A model generated the notes under the pieces. That model did not search any database and was not told where the DNA came from. It saw only the letters and a program-made list of their open reading frames with translations. The position numbers and the translations under genes were made by a program. DNA of 47,313 nt from Spirogloea muscicola (Eukaryota): NCBI GenBank assembly GCA_009602725.1, contig WELB01000015.1, forward strand, positions 505,193-552,505, given 5' to 3'. Shown here piece after piece: positions 11,315 to 21,700 of the stretch (position 1 is its first letter; every line of letters starts with the position of its first letter).

Positions 11315-12058
11315 GACGCGGCATCGCTGGCAGCTCACATGCTCAGGTGCGCACGGGGCGGGGAGCGGACAGGAACACACGACCTGCTGCGGTACGCCGT
11401 GTTTGGAATCTTTGTCGAGGCCGGTTACACGGTGGCGCTCGAGAGTACCAGCATCATGCCTCCGAATGGGCGAGCACATTCTTCCGACCGCTGGGGCGGA
11501 TGGCCGCGTCCACACCCGGCGGGCCGATCTCGTCGCCAGCGCGCTCGGCAGGGGGCCTCGGCTCATCGCCGATGTGGTCTCTCCACACCCGGCGGGCCGA
11601 TCTCGTCGCCAGCGCGCTCGGCAGGGGGCCTCGGCGCAATGGGCGAGCTCTTTCTTCGGTTTGACCTATTGGCTAGGCTTGCGCGGCGGGCTGTGTCCCG
11701 CAGACGCGGCGAGCCAGCCGACTTCAACGCCGCGGGCTCGTGGGCTCAGGTATATCGGATGCGCCTCTCTGTATCCCTGCAGCGGTCCATGACCCACGCT
11801 CTGCATCTGCGAGCTGGCCGTGCTCTCGCTGCGGGCTCTGGCTTTCGTCAGGGTGATAGCTTCCCGGCAGCTAGTCTGTCGGATCTGAGGCTCCTCACTC
11901 GTACGTACTGAGTGATCCATCCTCCCCCTGTTTTACCATAGCATCCTCAGGCCCCTTTGTAGCTGCTCACCGCTCTTAGGCCCCTCTGAACCTTTGTGAT
12001 TTCTTTTTGGGCTGGCTTTTCGCAGCCCTTGCCCCCATGGGGAGTGCCACTTCTCTCT
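11315..12058 (+). mobile_element. CRE-like fragment, family C (zinc-knuckle end, RLE, C-terminus and UTR), internally rearranged
   Basis: HMLRC..THDLLRYAVFGIFVEAGYTVALE..RRADLV..LIADVV, then YRMRLSVSLQRSMTHALHLRAGRALAAGSGFRQGDSFPAASLSDLRLLTRTY* (stop at 11911), UTR hairpin at ~12009 and tail. Confidence 0.8.
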
Positions 12059-12060
12059 TC

Positions 12061-12440
12061 CTTCGGCGCAAAGTGGCTCGACTTGCTTCACCGCCTGGCG
12101 CAGCAGGCCGCGGCCCGCCGCCACGGGCAGCAGGGCGAGCAGCCCGGCTTCAACGTCGCCGGGTCCCTCGCGCAGGTCTTCCGCATGCGGTTGGCCGTCT
12201 CGCTTCAGCGGTCCCTAGCGTTCGCGGTCCACTTGCGCGCAGGCCGAGCTTTGGCGGCGGCCTCCGGCTTCCGTCAGGCCGACGTCTTTCCACCGGCTAG
12301 CTACTCCGACTTGCATCTCCTGACTAGAGGTTACTGAGCGTCCTCTGGTAGATGTCTTTCTTTGGCTTGGGATATTGTCCATTCTTTTTGGGCTGGCTTT
12401 GCCAGCCACTCTTCTCTATGGGCGAGCACTTCTCTTTCTC
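12061..12440 (+). mobile_element. CRE-like 3' fragment, family B
   Basis: FGAKWLDLLHRLAQQ..FRMRLAVSLQRSLAFAVHLRAGRALAAASGFRQADVFPPASYSDLHLLTRGY* (stop at 12337), plus hairpin and tail. Confidence 0.85.
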
Positions 12441-12714
12441 GAACTTTGTTCATTCTTTTTTGGGCTGGCTTTTCCAGCCCCTATCCTCAATGGCCGAGCC
12501 CTTTTATCTTACATAGCGACCTTCATGTGCTGATCCGTGGTTACTTTGCGGGTCAGAGGATGCAATGGTAAAACAGGGGGAAAACTTTGCGGGTCAAAAT
12601 GCAGTAGGTTATGTATGTCATCAGATGTGCTTGCTGTTGTACTTGGCCACTTTGGCCTTCCGTTAATTCTTTACATGCAAGCTTTACACGCAAGGGGGCG
12701 GGGGCTGTGAAAAA

Positions 12715-13700
12715 AAGTGGCTCTGCCAAAGGGGGCGAGGAGAATTTCGTGTATTGAAACAAACGAAGGCCAAATGGCCAAGTACGAAGGCAAGCACATC
12801 TACAGACCTACATAGCCTACAGCAGACCCGCTCAGTAACCACGGGTCAAAACATAAAGGTCGCTAATCGATGCCTGAATACTAGATGTCAGATACGAAGC
12901 CCTTCTACCACCAACTAGAGCTCGACCAGCTATTTGGTGCAAGGCATTAGCCTGAGCACGCTGCAAATAGGCCGAAACTCGTCGTCGCAAGAAAGACAGG
13001 TATGCAGCTGGCAAGCCCATCTCAGCCGGAAACACATCTGCACAACGTGCGTAGCCTAGATTGGCATTGTTTTGGAGGAGGGTGTGGAAACGAGGACCCA
13101 GACAGCCAAAGATGTCGATTGCCGCTGGCAGGAGCTGATCGCATTGTGGGTAGTCGGAGTAGTGCTGCAACTTTTATTTGTTCTGCAGCGCCCACTGCGT
13201 GACCAGCGATGTGTGTTGATGCTGGACCTTTATACGCCTCCGTAACAACAACGTCGACCAGGGCCCGTGGTCCACCACCAGGTTGCACGCCCACAATGTC
13301 AAGCGTGCGGCAATGATGACGTCCCTGGGCGTCCGTGTTGATAGGCATGAAATTGTTGACTTCCACGACCGCACGGTAGCCGGCGTCGCGCATCAAGCCC
13401 GCCAGGGCATCGCGGAGGAGGTTGTGGATGCCCACTACTTCTGGTCCAGTGGGCATCTCAGCATGTGAGTGGCGAGCTCAGCACCCTCAGCGCGGAAGCC
13501 GCACTCGCACTGGCGCACCCCAATCAGGCAGTTAGGTGGGAGGCCGAGGAAGAGTTGCAGCGACGTCCGAAAGGCCTCGGAGCTGATGCTGAAGGCGATG
13601 GCAACGGCGTGTGAGGTGATCCAATCCGTGGCACCAGGTGTGGCTAGAGAAGTAAGTCTTGCCAGGCTCCTTGGATTGTTCTCAATCTCTGGCAGCCTCC
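12715..13700 (-). mobile_element. Longest CRE-like copy, family F: CCHC zinc knuckle plus RLE endonuclease, frameshifted
   Basis: LARLTSLATPGATDWI..FRTSLQLFLGLP..CECG..THMLRC (zinc knuckle), IHNLLRDAL..AVVE, RTLDIV..ALVDVVV..AEQIK/QHY..LLPAAIDIFGCLG..YLQRAQA..ISDLYVLTRGY* (stop at 12832). This is the C-terminal architecture of CRE-clade R2-group elements. No RT domain is retained. Confidence 0.85.
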
Positions 13701-13704
13701 TCAA

Positions 13705-15190
13705 CCTTCCTTGTCCATTCCTTTTGGGCTGGCCTCTCCCAGCCACCAGTCAATCTGGCCGCGCTTGCTTCTGCGGCGCTCGTCTTCCACTGCCGTAACC
13801 AGTCTGGATTGTGCCCCTCTATCAGAAGCTTGGGCGAGGGCGGGGAATGGCGTGAGCAGGGGTTGGAGAGAGGGGAAAGAAAAGGCGAGGGGTGTGATAC
13901 GTCAGCTCAAAAACGTTGAACAAGGTCCAAAGGGCCGAAAGAGAAAGTGCTCTGCCATGGAAGAAGTGGCACTCTCAATGGGGGCAAGGGCTGCGAAAAA
14001 GTGCTCTCCCATGGAAGGTACGGTGCTAGCCTTTGTGCTTGCCTTTGTACTTGGCCATTTGGCCTTCGTTTGTTTCAAATACACGAAATACCCATGGAAG
14101 TTAGGGGCTGGGAAAGGCCAGCCCAGAAAGAAACAGCGCCAGAAAGAAAAGCCCAGAAAGAAACAGCGGGCAAGTCGCTGGAGGTCGTCCAGCCAGCGGC
14201 TGCCGAAATCCCCGTGGACCCCGATCGCAAGTGCCGTGAATTCATCACCAGCAGGGCGATCGGCGAGCTACTTGATTCCCTGTGTGTTTTAGCGTTTTCT
14301 CTGGCCCTTCGCACATCGTACATTCTGTTCTCTGGGCTGGCCTCTCTCAGCCACCGCCCTCACCTGGAAGCGTCTACCTTTCAGGTTGGCATACTTAACG
14401 CTCCTTGCCAGGGGCCGCCAGGCCGACCGCGTGCCCTGCAGTCGATGCCAATCTGTGGGATTGGCGGAGTCGACGCAGTCGGCAGTCACCACATCCGCGG
14501 GAACCTCCTCGGACGGCAGAGGTGTGAGTGGCCTGCCTGATCAAGGAAATTGAGTTAGTATTGAGTTCCAATGAAGCTTCCAACGAAGGTTGCTAGCTTG
14601 TTGGATGAAGGCGATAGCTGTGATGGCCAGCGCAAGAAGAATGGTCTAGGTCAAGGGGGCAGCCCAACGAGAGGAGAAGTTGTCGCTAGGAAGCCAGGCT
14701 CTTCCAGGAGAGGGCGATGGCTGTGATTGCCAGCCCAGAATAAAATTGAACAAAGTTCGAAGGGGCCAGGGGCCAAAGCGCCGTGTGCCCAGAGCTTTCT
14801 CTGGCCCCTTCAAACTTCGATTTAACCTTCCTCCTGGGCTGGCCTCTCACAACCATCGCCCTCTACTAAGAGAGACTCTTCCAGTAGTCTCTTCTGGAAG
14901 AGTCTCTTCTAGTGTGTGATCGGCCAGTCCAAAATAAAAGTGAACAAAGTTCGAAGGGGCCAAACAAGCGCTAAAGCACACAGCCACTCAAGTGGCCACT
15001 GGGTGCTCAACATCCCTTGGTGAGCAGCTGCAGGAGACAATCAAGTGCTGAGCATCCTGAGCTAGCAATCATGTGACTCGCATGCAGCCACCTCCATGCC
15101 AGATGCTCGTGGTTACTCTGTCCATTCTTTTAGGGCTGGCCTTTCCCGGCCACTCTCTTAAGTTGGGCGAGCTGCTTCCCCTATTCTGCA
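13705..15190. repeat. Dense mosaic of CRE-like UTR hairpins and tails in both orientations, with small coding scraps
   Basis: Hairpin/tail motifs at ~13710, 13900-14000, 14020-14095, 14105, 14335, 14615-14780, 14790-14880, 14920-15060 and 15120-15180. Minus-strand RLE scrap ADVVTADCVDSANP..STAGHAVGLAA..KER/KYANL at ~14360-14525. Confidence 0.65.
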
Positions 15191-15289
15191 ACAGCAAGCA
15201 ACATGTACGCAGAGCTGCCCAGGCACCGGCGGGTCCTGAGCCCATCGACAAACATCAGTACCTCGTCATGAAGAAAGCGCGGCCAGGTT

Positions 15290-15997
15290 GACTGGTGGCT
15301 GGGAAAGGCCAGCCCAAAGGAATGGACAAGGTCTGAAGGAGCCGGAGTGCGAAGGACTAGGACGAAGACATCATCCAGGGGACGCTCAGAAACCTCTAGT
15401 CAGGAGATGCAAGTCTGAGTAGCTAGCCGGCGGAAAGAAGGGCGCGACCATGGAGGATAGGGGCTGGAAAAGCCAGCCCAAAAAAGAATGAACAAAGTAC
15501 GAGAAGGGGGCCAGAGGAAGCGCTAAGAAAACAAAGCACACAAAGAAAGAAAGCAGCTACAAATCACTCAGTAATCCCTGCTAAGCAGCCGCAGATCAGA
15601 GAGGCTAGGGTCCTGAAAGTGGGTCCCCTGGCCAGAGCCAGAGGCAGCAGCAAGAGCTCTGCCGGCACGAAGATGCAGCGCAGGGGCCATCGACCGCTGC
15701 AGCGAGACGGCCAGGCGCATGCGATACAATTGCGCCAGCGACCCGGCTGCAGGGAAGTCTACAGGCTCCCCAAAGACGTCGCCCTGACGGAAGCCGGAGG
15801 CCGCCGCCAAAGCTCGGCCGGTGCGCAAGTGAAGCGCGAACGCAAGGGACCGCTGCATCGAGATGGCCAAACGCATTCGGAAGACTTGAGCCAGGGACCC
15901 GGCGACATAGAAGCCGGGCTGCTCGCCCTGCTGCCCGAGGCGGCGGGCCGGTGCACGCCGCGCAAGGCGGTGAAGCAAGTCAAGCCATTTTGTGCCA
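15290..15997 (-). mobile_element. Family B copy split by a nested family A insertion (A at 15439-15771)
   Basis: B reads ..SGFRQGDVF (ending at 15772) and resumes PPASYSDLHLLTRGF* below 15434. The intervening sequence is a family A 3' end with UTR. AAAGA occurs at 15434-38 and 15772-76. Confidence 0.85.
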
Positions 15998-16301
15998 CAG
16001 GCTCCATGCACGTCATGACAGTGGTTACTCTTGCACCTTTGTGACAAGTGGATCAGCAACGCTTGCAATTTGCACTTAACTTCCTCGGTATTCCTTCTGC
16101 AGATGCTCCGAGGTAACCGGGGCGGGTCAGAGCTGGGCGGGCTGCAGCTCCACGCCGGCTCCTCTCCGAGCGCGCCGCGTGGTGCTCCCGCTTAGCTCCC
16201 TCGTGCGCAGCTCGCATCTCGTCGTGCCGCCCACACACGCTGGCCCAGGTGGCTCCAGCGAGCCCAGTTACCCCCCCGAGCTCGCCCCACCTCCACGCAC
16301 C

Positions 16302-17956
16302 ATGGCGGCGGGCGGCGCGGCGCTGGCGCAGGCGGTGGCGACGACGCTGGCGGCCAACGCCGTCAGTGCCGGTGGGTTCGACTTCTTCTTCTTCGTGCAG
16401 CAGTGGCCCGGCTCGTACTGCAACTCCGGCAGGTGGGCACGCGGCAGCCCCCCTGCTCGGCTCTCCGCCTCGCTGCCCCTGTGACACCAAGGTGTGCATT
16501 GAGCGGCAGCCCCCCTGCCAGCTGGTGCTCGGCACTCGTCTGTGCCGTGCCACAGCTGTCGGTAGCCATTCTGGGGTGCGCAATCTCTCAGCGCAGCTGG
16601 CCAGCCTGCCATTCGGGCTCCAGCTGAGTTGCACATGCGCCGGTGCGGACTGCCTGCGATAGGGAGTGCTGCTACAATCCCGACAAGGGCAAGCCCGATG
16701 CCCAGTTCTCCATCCACGGACTGTGGCCCAACTATGCGGATGGCAGCTATCCTCAGGACTGCGACCCCAGTCGGCCCTTCAGGATCTCCGAGGTTTGCCA
16801 CCTGTCAACTCAAAGCATCTCTTTTGTCATACTCACCTGTATGGTTCTCGCTGCTCATTGGTCTGTTCGCCTCTGGCTCTTCAGGAAGCCAGCTCAATTG
16901 TGCCCGCGTGGCTTGGTGACATCTAAGAACAGATGGCTTGAGAATGCCGAACTTTTCTAAGGATGACAACAATGAAAGCCCTTAGCTCCAGCAGCTGCCT
17001 CCTGTGATCTCCAGATTCGTGACCTGGAAGGCGACTTGGAGGACTTCTGGGACACGCTGAATTGTCCTGCCAGCAAGGGCGAAAGCTTCTGGTCGCATGA
17101 GTGGAGCAAGCATGGGACCTGCGCTGATACATTGTCGGATGAGCATGCCTACTTCGAGGTTAGCCGATAATTGAAGCAGCTGTGCTGATGTTGTAGGTCA
17201 CTCCCATCTGTGACTGGCCTACGGCGCAGGAGACTCATGCTCTTTGCACAACAACTAACAATGTGCAATTCAGCTACAGTTACTTACGAATCTGTTACAT
17301 TGACAACTGTCTACCTTACAGATCTGCATTGTCAATCATATGTTATATGTGCAGGCTGCTCTGGAGCTGTGGAACAGCACATTTGTCACCCAGGCCCTTG
17401 CTGATGCCGGCATCACGCCCGGGTGTGTACTGCTCTCCAATGTTAATGTCGCACCGCAGTGTACAGGACCTCTGACCTCTTATTGACGGTTCTGCAAGCA
17501 GCTTGTGAGGAGTTGCCACACTTGGCATTGATGCCAAAGAGTAGTTTCTCTGCAAGAGGCTCACTACCAACTTTTGGCATATTCATCTCAGTGTCGCCTT
17601 TTTGCAAACAGAGCGAGCTACAATCTTCGCGATATCACAGATGCGATAGAAGGCTACACTGGGTACACCCCAGCTATTGAGTGCAACAAGGACGAAGCCA
17701 GGAGGCCCCAGCTGTACCAGGTGTGCTGCTTCTGAAATACCCACCTTTGTTTTGTCGAGACATCGGACTTGACGGACTCCTGACGAGTGCTTTGCTAACA
17801 ATCCGATCTGGTCAAGCCTCTCCTTAGACGTTCCATTCTGTGAATGTGACGCAGATATACATCTGCGTGGATGCAGATGCTCGAACATTTATTGATTGCC
17901 CCGTCTTTCCGAAAGTCAGGGCCTGTCCCAAGATTGTGCAGTTCCCCTCGTTCTAG
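16302..17956 (+). CDS. Ribonuclease T2, class I (RNS1/RNS3-like), secreted
   Basis: Exons 16302-16432, 16663-16792, 17015-17158, 17355-17422, 17612-17720, 17855-17956. FDFFFFVQQWPGSYC, CAS I FSIHGLWPNY, CAS II FWSHEWSKHGTC, IECN..QLYQIYICVD..CP..C...VQFPSF*. Confidence 0.93.
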
Positions 17957-18775
17957 CCTCCTAGCACAGCGACAGCTACTATTGCCAGCAGAAGGTGGCA
18001 GATCACTGTGTTCTCCGTATCCTGGTCCCATCACATTTTTGGCCAGATCACATTGTGAGTTCTCTGACTGTAAAATTGAAATCGACTCAGATGGAATCTG
18101 AAGTTTATCAATATCAGACCCAGATGCACACAATGCATGAGTTAACATAGCTCTTGACATCAGATTCAGTGATTGCTGTACAGTGGGCTAGTTATGTTGC
18201 CAGTGCTGCATGTCATGCGTCCATCCGGCTAAATCTCGTTATGATATCCTTGTCTATCAAAGACTTGTCACCTGTGTTACAATTGCTTGCTACTTCATGG
18301 CGCTGCATCTACCAGCACCTGCTGGCTGCACAGTGGGCAGGCAACTTTTGCCTGCTCTTGTGCTGCTGAACATAGTTGACGAAGTGCATGTGTTTGTGGT
18401 AGAATCAAGCTCATATGTGACGAAATTTTCATGCAAGGGCACAGCATTGGGCAAGTGGAAATCAAGTGAGTGACATCCCTTGCATTTCATGGCCGGGCTT
18501 GTAGTGTCGCGACTTATCACTATAGTTGGTGGTGCTGCACAATCGGATCACTTGCCTGTGAGAAGGCTGTGCAGCATGGGCATTAGGAAACCATAACCAC
18601 AACATCGACCCTCTCATTCAAATGTGCTGCCAGCAAAGGCCAAGACCGTAATGTACAAGTAGACGGCAACTTGCCAGTCAAAGTGTCACGCAGTAATGGC
18701 GAAGCATCAGAGCAGGCTTCTTTGCCACCAGACCTAGGAGCTCGCCGGACTACATTAGCCGAAGGTTGAGTGATC

Positions 18776-21700
18776 CTAGATAGGGTGCATACTCTTAGGA
18801 GGCAGAGGTGGCCCCACCTCAGCAGGTGGAGGCTTCATGTGGTGACCAGCTCCCTTTGGATGGTGGCCAATGGCAGGTTTGCAAAGGGGTGGAGGAGGAA
18901 ATGGAGCAGGGGAAGGCTGAGGAGCTGAGCCTTTGGCAAACGATAGGATGTCATACAGGAACTTGAGCATCGAAGATGAGCTGAACACATGGTGGCCCTG
19001 GTTGGGAGGGTGGTGACCAGTAGGACCAGATGGAGGTGGATAGGTGCAGGGTGGTGCCTCTGCGACCAGAGTCGTGTTCACCTTGTACTTCCTGCCCTTG
19101 GGTGGCCGAGGAGGGCTTGGAGTAGCAGGGGGCATATGAGCGATGCCAGCCGGAGGATACGGCGAAACAGGTGAATTGCTCGGCAAAGTTGGAGGGGCCT
19201 TTGCCTTCACTGTGTTGGGAGAGGGCCCCCCGCCTGGACGTGGCTTAGACGAGGGTGTCGGAGGGTGCTGAAGAGGTGGCTTGGCGCCAACGGGGGCCGA
19301 TACGTCAGTTGGAGAAGTAGGAGGCGGAAACATGCTGGGCGTGGAGCTATGTGTGAATGTTGGAGGAGAGTAGATTGTGGGTGGAGGCGAGGCTGCAAAG
19401 GAAGGACTTAGTGGTGGGACTGGAACGACATCAGTCGGAGGTGGAGATAGAGGCAGAGGTGCCAAAGAAGGGGAAGGTGGCGGGGAGAGGGGAGGGAGTG
19501 GTATGGGGTCTTGGGGAGGGGGAGGAGAAGGGGGAGCATCTAGAGATGGGACAGGGGGACCGGAAGGAGGAGGAGGTGGCGTAAGGGGCAGAGCAGGAGG
19601 AGAGGTCAGGGGAGAACTTGGCTGCGCCGAACGAGGAGGAGGGGAAGAAGCTGGCAAGGGAGGAGGAGAAAGGGGAGAAGACAGTGGAGGAGTGGTGAGA
19701 GGCGGCGTGGATGGAGGAGGAAGGAGCGCTGGCGGAAGACGAGGAGGTGGCGAGGTGGGTGGAGGAGATGGAGGCGCAACCACATGGGGGGGGGGAGTAG
19801 ATAGAGGTTGTGGAGGGGGAGAGGGAGGGGGNNNNNNNNNNNNNNNNNNNNNNNNNNNNNNNNNNNNNNNNNNNNNNNNNNNNNNNNNNNNNNNNNNNNN
19901 NNNNNNNNNNNNNNNNNNNNNNNNNNNNNNNNNNNNNNNNNNNNNNNNNNNNNNNNNNNNNNNNNNNNNNNNNNNNNNNNNNNNNNNNNNNNNNNNNNNN
20001 NNNNNNNNNNNNNNNNNNNNNNNNNNNNNNNNNNNNNNNNNNNNNNNNNNNNNNNNNNNNNNNNNNNNNNNNNNNNNNNNNNNNNNNNNNNNNNNNNNNN
20101 NNNNNNNNNNNNNNNNNNNNNNNNNNNNNNNNNGGAGGAGGTGGTGGTGGGGGAGGGGGAGGGGGAGGGGGAGGTGGAAGTGGAGGTGGGGGAGGCGGAG
20201 GAGGTTGGGGTGGAGGCGGTGGAGGGGGAGAGGGAGGAGGGGGAGGAGCAAGAATTGGGTCGCCAAGCGAGCATGAGCCTGCCAGAGCATCCCAGATCTG
20301 CTGCACCGCAAACCTGCACAAGCGCACGCACACTCGGTACCTCCATCAGGACGCTATCTAGTGGACGTCAGGACTGTGAGGAAGGAGTCAGTCATGAGCT
20401 CATTCAGAAGCGCTCACCTCTGGCCGCCGTTCCCCATCAAGTTGTACTCAACGCTGCCATTGATTGCAAGGGTCCCGAACGACTGCGTGCACTTGCTGGC
20501 CACTTCTTCCTGTGTAGTTGCAGTCAGATTGCTGACCCAACCAAGAGGCCCTCCACTAATACCGGATGGGTTGGTGGCACTGTTTACCAGTGCGGCTGCA
20601 ACATTGTTGGCCAAGCCATCGATGGCCCAGTTGCCATTTGGCGCTTGCGTGCTTGGATTTGCTTGCTGGAAAGGGATACATTGCTCAGGGCATTGGCTGG
20701 GGTCGCCCAGGACTGCGTACTTGAGTGAGGTGCTGCAGTGCGTGGCCAAGAAAGGTAGGTGAGGTGGCTGACTACATAAGACAGACTTGTGTGTGGTCAT
20801 CGACACGGGTCTACACAGCCGTACCAGCTTCGCTCACCAGCCTCGCACCAAGCATGCAATCCCATGCGGATGCTTTGTAGTCACAAATTAGCCATAGGAG
20901 GTAACCTCCGGGAGGCACATTTGAAGGACAACTAGAACAGAGTGCTCCCTCGGTAAACGGTTGCTTACGTTGTGATGAAATCTGTAGCGAGGTAAGACTC
21001 CGTAGTGTGCTGTGAGCAGTAGCCTCTGGTGCCAGGACCACAGAGGCCCCCACTGCTGTCTACTCCACAAACGAGCAAGTTTGAGCTCTCAGATTCAGCT
21101 CTCTCAATTGGTCCTGATTTCAGGCTGACTGAAGCTCTTGGGCTCCGGCTACAGCACTCTGCTATACTGGATGCAGGACTGCAGACAGCCCAGTAAATGG
21201 AGGTACAGTCTGATAAATTAGCTGCTGCATCATCCAACGAGGCCCATAGCATGGGAGAAGATCCCACCAATTTGAGCTGATAAAGGGGGGTTGTTACTTA
21301 CCAGTAGCATCCAAGACAAAAACATCGGCACTTGTGATCAAGAAGTAGACCCCGTTCACATCAGCTGGCAGGTAGCCATTGTCCAGTTGGTTATTCAAGA
21401 TGTCTTTGATGTCGGGCAGGTTTTGGTTGTCGACGTTGACATACAAGTAGCGGCCATAGGAGTATGAATCCATACCCTCTCCAGTCAGAGAGATGTTGTT
21501 GCTGACCATTGCACCCGTACTGTCGGTGTAGATGTGTGCCACATTCCACCATTTCTGAGAACAGATGGACCTCAGGTTGCGACCAACCATGGCCTGGGAA
21601 ACTGATTATCTTGCCGCAGCGAGCTATAGCAGCGCTTCACTATTGCCTCTGACAGTCCCATGCAACATTGGAGAGCCCATAAGTAATCTTCCATCGAGTG

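Noticed and set aside
12715..13860. Autonomous, intact retrotransposon
   Set aside because: No RT domain was found anywhere in the window; all copies are truncated and several are frameshifted.
2450..16070. Recurring ~35-bp palindromic motif as a CRISPR-like array
   Set aside because: Irregular spacing, both orientations, degenerate copies and no cas genes; the motif is the 3' UTR of retrotransposon fragments in a eukaryotic genome.
19377..20728. Long Gly- or Glu-rich plus-strand ORFs
   Set aside because: Antisense shadows of the Pro-rich exon, lengthened by the N gap.
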